Source: Eledone cirrhosa (lineage: Eukaryota). Taken from it: a stretch of DNA of 64,000 nucleotides. Both the position numbers and the translations under genes were made by a program. The notes beneath the pieces are model-generated. The model was not told the DNA's origin. It did not search any database and worked only from the letters and a program-made list of their open reading frames with translations. Location: NCBI GenBank assembly GCA_964016885.1, contig OZ024740.1:203980001-204044000 (forward strand), in the 5' to 3' direction. This document shows positions 24,154-38,607 of this stretch, in pieces; position 1 is the first letter of the stretch; each line of letters opens with the position of its first letter.

Positions 24154-25032
24154 AATATATTCCCATATCATACATAGATATATATTTACTCATGCAATTA
24201 CGGGTGGTTGTGTACCTTGTTGCCTTTAGTCATTAACGCATAAACCTAAGGAAGCTAAAACATTAAAAGGTAAAAGATAAGCATGAATACATATAATTAG
24301 GGGAAAGGGGTACTAACAAATGTTACTCTATATAGAATTATAGTGAGTTGCTATTTAGAATATTTAATTAGGTTTATAGTATTTAAATGTTCTTCGTATA
24401 CGGTGATTACAAACTATAATCGTCCTTAGATTTAGTAATTTCCAAGATCGCCCCTGAACATAACCTGCATTCCCTCCTGTTTCCAAGATATGGAGTTCTT
24501 TGTAGATTGGTGTTCCACGATAGTTTGAAATCTATTTTTTTCTTTTTATAATTATTTACTGCTTCAGCTAAAGATGTGGTGTTAGCTAGTTTAGTATTGT
24601 TAAAACTACAAGAGTGTGTGTAAAATCATTTCTTAAATGTGTTTGATGTAGATCCTATATATGTTTTGTTGGAGTCTGTAGTAGGCACAGTGCATTTATA
24701 TATTACATTATTAATCAAACAGTTGCTATTTAAGGGGCAAATGCTTCTATTTCTGCAATTACAGCCACACGTAAGATGGTTGTTGGGGGGGTGCCTATAC
24801 TATTCTCATTAATCCTTGAGCTATTCCTATTGTAATTAATGATAGCAGGAGAATGAAGGTTGCTTTGTGGGTGGTTTGGTGCTAGGGTTGTATTGTGATT
24901 TTGTGTTCTGTTGTATTTGTGTTGGTGATTTGGGTGGTTGTGTTTTCCAGGTTGAAGGATTGTATTATTTGTCTTTTTAAAAGGTGCAGTCCTATTTAAA
25001 TTATGTTGTGGTGGTGTAGTCATATTATCTTT
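23056..25032 (-). mobile_element. Decayed 5'-truncated Naiad-like PLE (GIY-YIG end plus long 3' region); left arm and spacer of a palindrome
   Basis: About 24770-24630 minus translates TCGCNCRNRSICPLNSNCLINNVIYKCTVPTTDSNKTYIGSTSNTFK, homologous to the C-terminus of the 27247 ORF. Confidence 0.85.
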
Positions 25033-25580
25033 ATAGGATCTACATCAAACACATTTAAGAAAAGATTTTACGGCCACTAGTAGTTTAAACAATACTAAAC
25101 TAGCTAACACCACATCTTTAGCTGAAGCAGTAAATAATTATAAAAAGACAAAAAATAGATTTCAAGCTATCGTGGAACACCATTCTACAAAGAACTCCAT
25201 ATCTTGGGAACAGGAGGGAATGCAGGTTATGTTCAGGGGAGATCTTGGAAATTACTAAATCTAAGGACGATTTATTAAATAAAAGACAGGAACTGATTAT
25301 AGTTTGTAATCACCGTATACGAAGAACATTTAAATACTATAAACCTAATTAAAAATTCTAAATAGCAACTCACTATAATTCTATATAGAGTAACATTTGT
25401 TAGTACCCCTTTCCCCTAATTATATGCATTCATGCTTATCTTTTACCTTTTAATGTTTTAGCTTCCTTAGGTTTATGCTTTAATGACTAAAGGCAACAAG
25501 GTACACAACCACCCGTAATTGCATGAGTAAATATATATCTATGTATGATATGGGAATATATTTATGTATATGTATATATA
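25033..25580 (+). mobile_element. Right arm, part 1, of the same Naiad-like palindrome
   Basis: Reverse complement of about 24140-24659. Confidence 0.9.
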
Positions 25581-26222
25581 TATTCTTAACCATCGTCTCA
25601 GCGTGTATGACCATTTTAACTTATGTTTATAGCTCTGGTATCTTCTTATCCATGGAGCGCTTGTCTGCACAATATGGAAGTTGCGTTTCGCTAATTTCTG
25701 CCCGCCGAAATGCGATTCTCGCTAAATTTATATATATATATATATAAACTGTGTCTGCTTGCTTTGGCTAACCCGCCTGCACTTCGCTTGCTAATGCACG
25801 TGAATTCTCCTACCTTCCTTCGATGCACCTCTCTCTGACCATTGGACTCCTGCCCGGGTGTGAACCGGTTTGTGATTACCCCATCGCTCAACTATGTGAA
25901 TGCACACCCGCGACTTTCGAGTGAACTTTTGAGACTGCCCAACCTGGGGCGCCTCCATTGCCTTGCAATGGTCAAGTGATACTGGTGACTGTGACACTTA
26001 GTGCCTTCGTGGGCCCTTGATATTTTCAAGAAATATATTTTTAAAAAATGGTCAAGTGATACACATAACTGTGACACTTAGTGCCTTCGTGGGCCCCTGA
26101 TATATTCAAGAGATATATTCTAAAAAAATATATATCTTATCTCAATTTACTTTATTTCATTTTATTTTATTTTATTTCATTTCATGTTATCTAATTTTAT
26201 TTATTTACTTATTTAATTCCAT

Positions 26223-26261
<39 letters not shown>

Positions 26262-26991
26262 CTTATTTATTTATTTATTTATTTATTTAAATTTAATTTT
26301 AATTTTAATTTTAATTTTATTTATTTATTTAATTTTATTTATTTATTTATTCATTTATTTTATTTAATTACATTTAATTATATCTTATATTATATTATTT
26401 TAATTTAGTCTATTTTATTTTATTTTAGTTTACCTTATTTTATCTTATTTTATCTTATTTTATGATTATATTATATTATGTTCTATTTTATATAATTCTA
26501 ATTTTAATTTTATATTATTTTATCTCATTCCTTACCCTGTATCACTATTATCTGTATATTTTATATTTTATATGTAAGTTTGTTATGTATTTCTTTATAT
26601 TTTCTTATATATATTATAAGTCTGTTTTTCACCTATTTTTTACCTACTCTTACCTAATCCTATCTATCTTATCTACTCTTGTCTGTTCTCTTATCCATGT
26701 GTATGCTTGTATGTAACTATATGTTGACAGCACCCCGCCCAGCTGTGACTGATAGCACCCCTTATTTTTCATTGTTTATTTTATTATCTTATTTTTATTT
26801 TTATTTTTATTTTTATTTTTATTTTTATTTTTATTTTTATTTTTATTTTTATTTTTATTTTTATTTTTATTTTTATTCCTATTTTTATTTTTACTTTTAC
26901 TTCCTTAATATCCTTTATCGTCTATTATTTATTTTTCATTCTTCAATATCTTGGATTTGTTATTGCTTGTATGGTATGTGATTAACCTTTA

Positions 26992-27037
26992 TGCTCTGAT
27001 GAGTCCCACTTATAGTGCGGATGAAACAATGTTAGCA
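26992..27037 (+). ncRNA. Type I hammerhead ribozyme in the 5' pLTR
   Basis: tgct CTGATGA gtcc-cact-tat-agtg-c-ggat GAAAC aat GTT agca. Confidence 0.8.
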
Positions 27038-27246
27038 AGTAAAGATATGCATATGCTATAGGCGTTCTTTGTTATTTATTATATCACGGCTCTGTCCTCA
27101 GACATTGAGCTAACCTTATACTGCCTGCTGGATAAGTGGAGTGTTATACACCCCTGATCCTCTCCCTAGTATACTATACGGCTCCCACTGGTTGAGCTTA
27201 AACTTTGATATACGTGGATTTGTGTCCTTGTATATTATCAGGCAGT

Positions 27247-29736
27247 ATGCTAACAAAGACATACTTACCCATTTCCTTGAAGAATATTCCCACCCCCCCT
27301 AAAATCTCATATGAGAAATCACTGATAACTAGCATAAACTCATTCGTAAAACGTGTTCGGTGGCGTGCGTTCCATTTTGATAAGAAGTATGATAGCCCTG
27401 AAGAGAGGCGTAGTTTTAATAATTATGGATTTAAGACCTATAGGAGCCCCCCGCATAATAGCCTGTTGGATAACTTCGAAAGTGAACTATTATCCCTTGT
27501 TAGGAATATTAGATATAAAAAATCTAGATGTACCAATAAATTTCAGAGTAAACTAAGTTCAATCGTTAGGGACTTTAGGGATAATAAATCCATTCTGGTC
27601 CCCTCTGACAAAACTAAAAACTTATATAGTATGGATTATAAAACCTATCGAGGCTTCATTTATAATGAACTACATAGGAACTACAAAAAAACAACGCAGA
27701 GTAATTTAGATAATATTAATCTGGAGGGGTATAACATAGTGGTAAAACTAGGTCTGGATAAACACACTCAGCCTTATTACCCCAAGCAGCCTAGATTCAC
27801 CCTCAAGGACCACAAGGAAGATTTTATTAGCAGACCCTCAGTTAGGCTTATCTGCCCCTCCAAGTCTGACCTGGGGATTATTAGTAAGGGAATCTTGGAT
27901 AGCGTTATTCCCCTGGTTAGAGAAAAAACTTTCCTTGAGCTTTGGGGTAACACTAGTGAGGTCATTACGTGGTTCTCTACGGATTGTGGTCGTGACTCAC
28001 TCAAATTCATCCAATTTGGTATTGATGCTTATTATACATCTATATCTCCTATTATCCTCAATAAGGCCCTCATCCTAGCCATGCAGAGGGGGGCAATTAC
28101 AAGGCCACAGATAGATATTGTTCTCGCTGCACGTAAAACCATTATCATGTTTGAGGATAATCTATGGACGAGAAAAAACACACCTGATAATTTTGACATT
28201 ACTATGGGGTCGAGTGACTCTGCTCAAGTCACCGACTTAGTTGGGCTATACCTCCTCAATGAACTGCATAGTAACTTCCCTTTCCTTAGGGGCGGGTTGT
28301 ACCGGGATGACGCCCTACTCTCCATAGATACTAGTAAGTATAATATAGTGCGCATTAGGAAAAAGCTGCATAGTTTTTTTAAAACATTTAACCTATCCAT
28401 TACTATGGATATAAATGATAGAACTGTGAACTTCCTGGATGTTACATTGGACTTGGATAACCATACGTACACACCGTACCATAAGCCTAATGAATTGCTG
28501 ACTTACGTGAATACCAACTCTAACCACCCTAGGTCGGTCATCAGCGGTATACTGAAGGGCGTATCTAACAGAATAAGTTCACTCTCATATAGTGAGGAGG
28601 CGTTTGACTCGCAGGCTGATTACTATAATGATGCCTTAGCTAGATCCGGCTTTAGGGACAAATTGTATTACACCCAGGGAAATAATAGTCCTAATAGTAG
28701 CTCTACCAGTGTTGTTATAACACATAATATGTCCATTGGTAATGGAGGTGTCGCGAATGGGAGGGTTCTAAATGCCGATGGAATGAAGCAGCAGGGCACC
28801 ATTAGTCTAAGTAATAGCAATAGAGGTGTCGCGAATGGGAGGTTTCTAGATGCCGGTGGAATGAACCAGCAGGGCACCATTAGTCTAAGTAATAGCAATG
28901 GTAGGCCTCGCAGCTCCCCGCATAGACTAGGTGAGCATAGGAACCGTAGAAATAATAATGCTAATAATACTGATGGAAATAGAAAGAATAAAAAGAATAG
29001 AAGAAGATTGAATACATACTTCAACCCCCCTTTTAATTCTGAAGTGGCTATAAATATTCCTAGGGCCTTCTTCTCTGTGTTAGAAAGGAACTTCCCTCCT
29101 GGTAATAGGTACCACTCTATCCTCAATAAGAATGTTGTTAAACTTTCGTATTCTACAAACCAAAATCTGGCCTCTCATCTGGCCATTACTAATAATAAGA
29201 AAATAAAGGAAGGCCTGGACAACCTAAGCCTGGGGGAAAACACGGTAGTGGACAGAGTGGGCAGAAACACAAGTGGTGATCATTCTGAGAATAGCATCAC
29301 CAGAGGTTGTAACTGTAGAAGGGCTTCAGGCTGCCCCCTGAATGGTTTCTGCCTTGTTAGAAACATAGTTTATGCGTGTGATGTAGTAACTACGGCGTCC
29401 ACTAAGACCTATATAGGATCAACCTCCACCCCCTTTAAGACCAGGTTTAACTCTCACCAATGCACTTTTAGACATAATAAACAGAGGAACTCCACCTCCT
29501 TGGCAGCGTACGTCCATAATTTAAAAAATGCACGAACACATTACACACTTACTTGGCGGCAGGTTGCTAAATCCCATCCATATACTCCTCATAATAGAGT
29601 ATGTAACCTATGCCTTGCCGAATCCCACTCTATTATATTTGCTAAATGCCCTCTACTAAATAGAAAGTCTGAAATATTTTCCTCTTGCCCCCACCGAATA
29701 TTAAGCTCTTTCTTCTACTTTAAACCTGTTAGCTAG
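27247..29736 (+). CDS. PLE polyprotein: reverse transcriptase plus C-terminal GIY-YIG endonuclease (829 aa from the first ATG)
   Basis: SLKNIPTP...RVRWRAF N-terminus, SDKT, ITMGSSDS, YRDD, NFLDVTL, SNHP; CNCRxxxxCPLxGxC, IVY...YIGST...FKTRFNSH, CNLC, CPH. Confidence 0.93.
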   Translation: MLTKTYLPISLKNIPTPPKISYEKSLITSINSFVKRVRWRAFHFDKKYDSPEERRSFNNYGFKTYRSPPHNSLLDNFESELLSLVRNIRYKKSRCTNKFQSKLSSIVRDFRDNKSILVPSDKTKNLYSMDYKTYRGFIYNELHRNYKKTTQSNLDNINLEGYNIVVKLGLDKHTQPYYPKQPRFTLKDHKEDFISRPSVRLICPSKSDLGIISKGILDSVIPLVREKTFLELWGNTSEVITWFSTDCGRDSLKFIQFGIDAYYTSISPIILNKALILAMQRGAITRPQIDIVLAARKTIIMFEDNLWTRKNTPDNFDITMGSSDSAQVTDLVGLYLLNELHSNFPFLRGGLYRDDALLSIDTSKYNIVRIRKKLHSFFKTFNLSITMDINDRTVNFLDVTLDLDNHTYTPYHKPNELLTYVNTNSNHPRSVISGILKGVSNRISSLSYSEEAFDSQADYYNDALARSGFRDKLYYTQGNNSPNSSSTSVVITHNMSIGNGGVANGRVLNADGMKQQGTISLSNSNRGVANGRFLDAGGMNQQGTISLSNSNGRPRSSPHRLGEHRNRRNNNANNTDGNRKNKKNRRRLNTYFNPPFNSEVAINIPRAFFSVLERNFPPGNRYHSILNKNVVKLSYSTNQNLASHLAITNNKKIKEGLDNLSLGENTVVDRVGRNTSGDHSENSITRGCNCRRASGCPLNGFCLVRNIVYACDVVTTASTKTYIGSTSTPFKTRFNSHQCTFRHNKQRNSTSLAAYVHNLKNARTHYTLTWRQVAKSHPYTPHNRVCNLCLAESHSIIFAKCPLLNRKSEIFSSCPHRILSSFFYFKPVS

Positions 29737-31239
29737 CACTTCCTTATTCCTCCAGTTGGGCTGTCTTGTGTAACTGTCTCTGATTGTGTGTAACTGTCTC
29801 CTATTGTTGGTCGTCTATGTATATGAGTCGGTGAATGTATACGTATGCCTGTGGGAGGATATTGATCTGGATATTGGGGTGTACAGGTGAGTGGGTGTGT
29901 ATGTTAATAAGCACCCCTGTTTGGCACAGCGGATGTAACCCATCCACGCTCGCCTACCCACCATTGGTGCATTGGTGGGTCTATCCTGACGTATATCTTG
30001 TGGATCTGTACCTCTGTATGCGCATGAGTTGTGATGTAATGTATTTATGTAAAGCGTGTACTGTGATTTAGGCTGCACTAATAGAAATTTAGCCTGTAAC
30101 TGTGGGCGGACCTGTGCCATCCCGCCGTAAGCAGTGGATACGTGGCGCATGTACGTGTTGCCCTCATATTCTGTGGTTTAAGATCTACAGGCTGACTTCT
30201 GGGAGCTCTTGCCCGGGGTTGTAGTCTTTCTAGCACGATCAGCCTTCCATATATTGACGGTCGTTGTTATGATCCCGAAAGTAACGTTTTGGCCCCGATA
30301 GCCCTCCGTAGTTACTAACGGTCTGTGTACACTTGAATCGGGCAATGGCACGTGCGGACACGATTATCTCCGTAGGATTTCAACTTTATTTTACTACATC
30401 TCATCGTATGTATTTATTTTGAATGTATTATCCGTGGTGGTGGGTCTGGCCTAATGTGGTATTTCGGTGTTTAATATCAGCTTTGACCCGGGTGTCCTAC
30501 GCTGTGTGTGTGTGCGGGTGTGTCCGTGTATACATTTATATGTGTATGGGTGTAGGTGGTTGTATATGTCTGTATATAAAAAAATATATATATATATATG
30601 TATACCGTCTCTGCATATGCATGTGGTGTGTATATGTGCATATACGTGCTGAACATATTGATGTGTACAATCTTGTGATGTCCCAATGCGGTGACTTCAT
30701 GGCTCTTGAAGCTATTTTTTATATATCTTCTGTCTTTTTATATATCTTTTGTATGCGCTCCAACTGTGTCTGCTTGCTTTGGCTAACCCGCCTGCACTTC
30801 GCTTGCTAATGCACGTGAATTCTCCTACCTTCCTTCGATGCACCTCTCTCTGACCATTGGACTCCTGCCCGGGTGTGAACCGGTTTATGATTACCCCACC
30901 GCTCAACTGTGTGAATGCACACCCGCGACTTTCGAGTGAACTTTTGAGACTGCCCAACCTGGGACGCCTCCATTGCCTTGCAATGGTCAAGTGATACTGG
31001 TGACTGTGACACTTAGTGCCTTCGTGGGCCCTTGATATTTTCAAGAAATATATTTTTAAAAAATGGTCAAGTGATACACATAACTGTGACACTTAGTGCC
31101 TTCGTGGGCCCCTGATATATTCAAGAGATATATTCTAAAAAAATATATATATCTTATCTCAATTTACTTTATTTCATTTTATTTTATTTTATTTCATTTC
31201 ATGTTATCTAATTTTATTTATTTACTTATTTAATTCCAT

Positions 31240-31291
<52 letters not shown>

Positions 31292-31944
31292 ATTTAATTT
31301 TAATTTTAATTTTAATTTTATTTATTTATTTAATTTTATTTATTTATTTATTCATTTATTTAATTTAATTACATTTAATTATATCTTATATTATATTATT
31401 TTAATTTAGTCTATTTTATTTTATTTTAGTTTACCTTATTTTATCTTATTTTATCTTATTTTATGATTATATTATATTATGTTCTATTTTATATAATTCT
31501 AATTTTAATTTTATATTATTTTATCTCATTCCTTACCCTGTATCACTATTATCTGTATATTTTATATTTTATATGTAAGTTTGTTATGTATTTCTTTATA
31601 TTTTCTTATATATATTATAAGTCTGTTTTTCACCTATTTTTTTACCTACTCTTACCTAATCCTATCTATCTTATCTACTCTTGTCTGTTCTCTTATCCAT
31701 GTGTATGCTTGTATGTAACTATATGTTGACAGCACCCCGCCCAACTGTGACTGATAGCACCCCTTATTTTTCATTGTTTATTTTATTATCTTATTTTTAT
31801 TTTTATTTTTATTTTTATTTTTATTTTTATTCCTATTTTTATTTTTACTTTTACTTCCTTAATATCCTTTATCGTCTATTATTATTTTTCATTCTTCAAT
31901 GTCTTGGATTTGTTATTGCTTGTATGGTATGTAATTAACCGTTA

Positions 31945-31990
31945 TGCTCTGATGAGTCCCACTTATAGTGCGGATGAAACAATGTTAGCA
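31945..31990 (+). ncRNA. Type I hammerhead ribozyme in the 3' pLTR
   Basis: Identical to 26992-27037. Confidence 0.8.
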
Positions 31991-32124
31991 AGTAAAGATA
32001 TGCATATGCTATAGGCGTTCTTTGTTATTTATTATATCACGGCTCTTTCCTCAGACATTGAGCTAACCTTATACTGCCTGGTGGATAAGTGGAGTGTTAT
32101 ACACCCCTGATCCTCTCCCTAGTA

Positions 32125-33301
<1,177 letters not shown>

Positions 33302-33862
33302 TATGTCTGTCTGCATGTATATTATATATATATATTTAATATATTATATATATATAATATATATGCATATTTACTGGGTAAAACATTACTTTGTTCTGTT
33401 TTATTTGTCATCATTTGCTGTCATATTTTTCTACCGCATTGTACCAGCTTTTGAAAATGATTGCTCTTTTATTATTTATATATATATATTATATATATAT
33501 ATATATATAGCCATTTTTGTTTGCCTTGAAACTTAGCGTATTTACATATATGATAGGCTCGTGTACAGCTTCCGTCTACCAAATCTCATCTCTAAGACAC
33601 TGACCAAACCGAGGTTATAGTAGATGACACTTTGTCAATGTGCCACTGCACTGGACCTGAACTCGAAACCACTTGATTGCGACGCAAAATCCTTAACCAC
33701 GCAACCAGATAAATACGTATTGGGAAAATTAAAAAGTAGTGGTGAAATGCCATTAACTGTTAGAACTTATCCATCGACAGATGGTCGGTCAAATCGTATA
33801 ATGAAGTAGTAATCAAACACATATAATCACAAAGACATATTTATATATGTAGATATAGATAT

Positions 33863-34215
<353 letters not shown>

Positions 34216-34509
34216 GTGAGTATTTTAGACGTTTTAATTAGAAAGAACGATTCTACTTTAATCATTTGTACATATTTATAATCTTTTATTATTGTTGTTA
34301 TGTAGATAAATGGAAATAAGCAACATATGAATGAATACATGGTGTATACTGAATGGACCTCAGTTGGTTTCGATGATGAGTGTTCCAGTTCTCCGATTAA
34401 CAGAACAGCTTTATGTGAATTTAACGTATTAGTAACAGGGCATTTCACAGACACGTGTATTCTTAACATAATCCTCAAGGACATTCAATGTGATAGTACG
34501 TGACAAGAG

Positions 34510-34872
34510 CAGAGCCGGGATTAAATGGGGGAAAAGGGAGCAATTATCTCAGGTGCCCTGCAGTGGAGTAGCCCCACCAGCGATGGCGGTAGCAATTTAT
34601 TTGTGCCCTCAGCTGGGTTTTTTTAATTTTAGGATGGTTAGAATTTTTTAATTTAATACCTGTGTATAACTTTTCAATTCCAATTACTTGTGCCAAGCTA
34701 ACTTTGATATGTAAAATTGTGAAGGGGGGGGGGGGGGGGGGGTGCTGTGTATTCTAATTGTTTGTGTTGAGGAGCCTCCCAAACATAAAGTGCCCCGGGA
34801 TTCCCAAACATGAGGTGCACCGGGCCCCCCAAACCTGAAGTGCCCCCCCCCTCCCAGGTCTAAATGCTCATG
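34510..34872. mobile_element. Possible hAT-type non-autonomous element inserted in a SINE
   Basis: GC-rich ends; possible 8-bp TSD gacaagag/gacaagat; TIRs badly decayed. Confidence 0.3.
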
Positions 34873-35270
34873 GACAAGATTAGACTTTTGAATTACAGGC
34901 ATTGCCCACCCGACAGGCTTCCAAACAGTTTCAATCTACCCAATTCCACTTTCAAGGCAGAGGTTGATTCGAGACTATGGTCAATGACACTTTCCCAAGA
35001 TACCATGCTGCGTCCACACGATGATTATTACACACACACATATGTATATATTATTTATATATTATATATATATATATATATATAAATATACACAGTTCAA
35101 GAGTAACCAATCTTAAAGAGAGAGATGGAGATAGTAGAGGAGATATGAGAGGAAAGATTGGTGAGTTAGCTAGAAGCCAAAGCGTAAAGGCATGTGCTCA
35201 ATGTGCAATATGCAGTAGAAAGCAGCTAGGTGGCTGGGTTCATGCAGAGGTTAGGTGCGCAGAGCTGGAA

Positions 35271-35668
35271 ATATTCATTAGTTAAGCAAAACAAGACCAC
35301 AAATTTCACAAGGAAGACATTATTAAAAGATTGTCAACATATTTTAGTTTGATGTAAGGAATGTAGAGAATAATAATAATAATAATGTCCGTTTACAATT
35401 GTTTCGCTACTCCGTATAATATTTCTGGATCAGATGACTATGTATCATAATTGATCTCGTTCAGTTGAACCAGATCAACTGAACCAGATGAATTATGATA
35501 CATAGTCATCTGATCCAGAAATATTATACGGAGTAGCGAAACAATTGTAAACGGACATTATTATTATTATTATTATTCTCTACATTCCTTACATCAAACT
35601 AAAATATGTTGACAATCTTTTAATAATGTCTTCCTTGTGAAATTTGTGGTCTTGTTTTGCTTAACTAA

Positions 35669-35675
<7 letters not shown>
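35271..35675. repeat. Near-perfect 405-bp palindrome; arms carry a hammerhead-like 3' half
   Basis: Arms 35271-35468 and 35475-35675; gc GAAAC aatt GTA aacgg at 35536-35554 and its mirror. Confidence 0.92.
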
Positions 35676-35751
<76 letters not shown>

Positions 35752-35935
35752 TATTCAGGAACTTCCAACAGAAATGGTCGCATTCTTTAAGGGTATGTCA
35801 ATATTTATTTATAAAACTGATCTATATTATATTTTATCTGATGAAAGCGCACCATAATTTGACTTGGTGTCATTGAAATATGTATAATGAAATAAATATG
35901 GTTTTATAAATATAGTTTCCATTTGTTAATATATC

Positions 35936-35999
<64 letters not shown>

Positions 36000-36258
36000 T
36001 ATATATCTCTATAGGTACTTAATACTCAGAGAGATATTTACCTCATTTTATGAATTCTCCTATCTATGTTGAGAAAAAAATTCGTTGTTGCTTACTGGTA
36101 TTTTTTTTAGCAGAACAGCCATTAACGAGTCTGTGATATTTCCCGCTTTTTCTAGTGGCAATTTCATGTGTGGGTCATTCTAACGGCCTCACTCACACTA
36201 GCTGGTAATTGGCAAATTATTTGCAGACGGTGGGACTAGTTCCTACTGTATGGAAATA

Positions 36259-36338
36259 GCTATCTGATGAACTTTACTTTTCCGTTAGAAATTCTCTGAA
36301 TCTCTAACCTTTTGTAAAGCGAAACCGCCGGTAATAGC
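36259..36338 (+). ncRNA. Type I hammerhead ribozyme in an approximately 430-bp unit between (TA)n tracts
   Basis: gctat CTGATGA actttac...gtaaagc GAAACC gcc GGTA atagc; 3-bp stem III, GUA site, A-C mismatch at the base of stem II. Confidence 0.82.
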
Positions 36339-36419
36339 ATTATGAACGGGTAAATATTTAAATCACTTTTTAAAATTTTTTAAAGAACTGTTTGTTGTTT
36401 GTTTGTTCTGCTTTTCTTA

Positions 36420-36457
<38 letters not shown>

Positions 36458-36527
36458 ATAGAGGTGTAACACACGAATTATGATATATTGGTAAAAGGAA
36501 AAGAAAATGCTGACAAATTGTTCCCAT

Positions 36528-36607
<80 letters not shown>

Positions 36608-36804
36608 GTGTAGTGTATGTGTGTGTGTGTGTATAAGTGTGTGCGTACCTGCGTGTGTGTGTATATACGTTGTGTGTGTTATGCCGTGTCATTAACGCGA
36701 AAAAGTAACCCAAACTAATCTAACGGTATCCACGAAGCCAACACATACCGTCTAAACCTTTTTATAGAAATTACAGAGAAATTCCGCACGCACGAGAGAG
36801 GGGG

Positions 36805-36851
<47 letters not shown>

Positions 36852-37924
36852 GAACTAGGATAGAAACAGGGTCATATTTATGATTTAATTAAAACGAAGA
36901 ATTAAGCCAGAGCTTGGCATTATTGCTTTTTAAAATGTTTACATGAAAGCAAAATGTTAGAAAAAATGAAGTCCATTAATCATCCTCTCTAATATTCTGC
37001 TAAAATTATCTGTCGATTTCTTGTGACTTTGCTAGCAGTCCTGATTGGTCCAAATACAAAACATGAGTGAAAAAATAGCTTCTTATTGATTGTTTATTTT
37101 TAATTTCAATAATAATAAATGTTCTATTCTAATATTTTCATTGTTCTTGTTAGTTGTTTTATTTCTCTTTATAGTTATTGTTCAATCTGAAGAAAGGCAA
37201 GGCTGCGTGGTTAACAGGTTCACTTCATAAATATGAGGTTTCGGATTCAACCCCATTGTGTAGGGATCTTGGATAAGTGTCTTTACTATATCATCGTGTC
37301 GACACAAGCCTTAGAATGAATAACATTAGGTAGACGGAAACTATGCAGAAGCCCATCAGGTGGGTTTTTTCCTGTTAATCAAAGATCCAGCCTTGTCATA
37401 TATTATGTCTTGCTGATTCGACTTGTGAATTATGTTAAGAGAACACGTGTCTGTGGAACACTCAGCCACTTACATTATAAGATGTATTTTGCCTGTAATT
37501 CAAATGTCTATCTATGTACTGTATTTTGTCACGCGGATTCGTCTAGAGAACTATGTTAAGGGTACATGTGTTTGCGGAATACTCAACCACTTATAATACA
37601 TGATAGATTTTACTTGTAATTCAAACCCTGTCGCATATTGTGTTACGCTGATTCGATTCGTGAACTATGTTAAGATTACACTGTTGTTGTTGTTGTTGTT
37701 GTTGTTATTGCTGGTGGTGGTGGTGGTAGTGGTGGTAGTGGTGTGTCGCCATCAGAGTTGCTATTGATGTCGTTGCTGCAGTTGTCGTTGTTATCATTGC
37801 TATTGATGTCTTCTTCTTCTTCTTCTTCTTCTTCTTCTTCTTCTTCTTCTTCTTCTTCTTCTTCTTCTTCTTGAGAAGGTCGTGGGGGCAGAGTCCTCAA
37901 ACATTCCTTCCAGCAGCTCCTGTC

Positions 37925-38313
37925 AGAAGCAAGTATCGTGGGTATTGCTTTACCGTTGGACCACAGGGTGAATGAGAAGGAAAGTGAGAAAGTTGAGAAA
38001 TACCAGGAGCTGAAGAGAGGAATCAGGAAACTATGGAGAATGAGACATGTAGAAGTGGTATCGATTGTGGTTGGTGCACTGGGTGCAGTAAGGTTAGAGG
38101 CATGACTTGAAAAGCTAGGAATTACCACCAGGACGGGATTGTTGCAGAAAACAGCTTTGCTGGGGACAGCAAGGATTCTAAGGTGGGTGTTAGAATGTTG
38201 AAGAAGGAATGATCTAAAGGACCTTTGGCCATTGGCTATCGCTTGCTCTTTGGGTATAGTGTCAGTATAACATATGCCAGAGCAAAAGTGTTACGAATGG
38301 TAATAATAATAAT
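37925..38313 (+). mobile_element. R4/Dong-like RLE retrotransposon 3' fragment with a (TAA)n tail
   Basis: Translates EKVEKYQELKRGIRKLW...IVVGALGAV...LQKTALLGTARILRWVL; tail gtaataataataat. Confidence 0.75.
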
Positions 38314-38317
38314 GGTT

Positions 38318-38520
38318 TCTGATTTAGGCACAAGGCCAGCAATTTTGAGGGAGGGAAAAGTCAATTAAATTGGTCCCAGTGCATTACTTGTGCTTTATTT
38401 TATCGACCCCATAAGGATGAAAGGCAAATTTAACCTCAGCGGGATTTGAACTCAGAACGCAAAGCACCGTAACTCCATGCTGCAAAGCAGGTTGTCTGAC
38501 GTTCTACCGATACTACCAAT
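38318..38520 (-). mobile_element. SINE (family A)
   Basis: Reverse complement of the family consensus seen at 20458 and 56545. Confidence 0.8.
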
Positions 38521-38521
38521 C

Positions 38522-38605
<84 letters not shown>

Positions 38606-38607
<2 letters not shown>

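Noticed and set aside
27247-30761. Selenoprotein/SECIS usage, known in some Naiad PLEs
   Set aside because: The ORF has no in-frame TGA and the conserved positions are Cys; no SECIS recognised by eye.
35833-35886. CTGATGA...GAAATATGTA hammerhead-like motif
   Set aside because: Stem I does not pair in register; at best a decayed relic.
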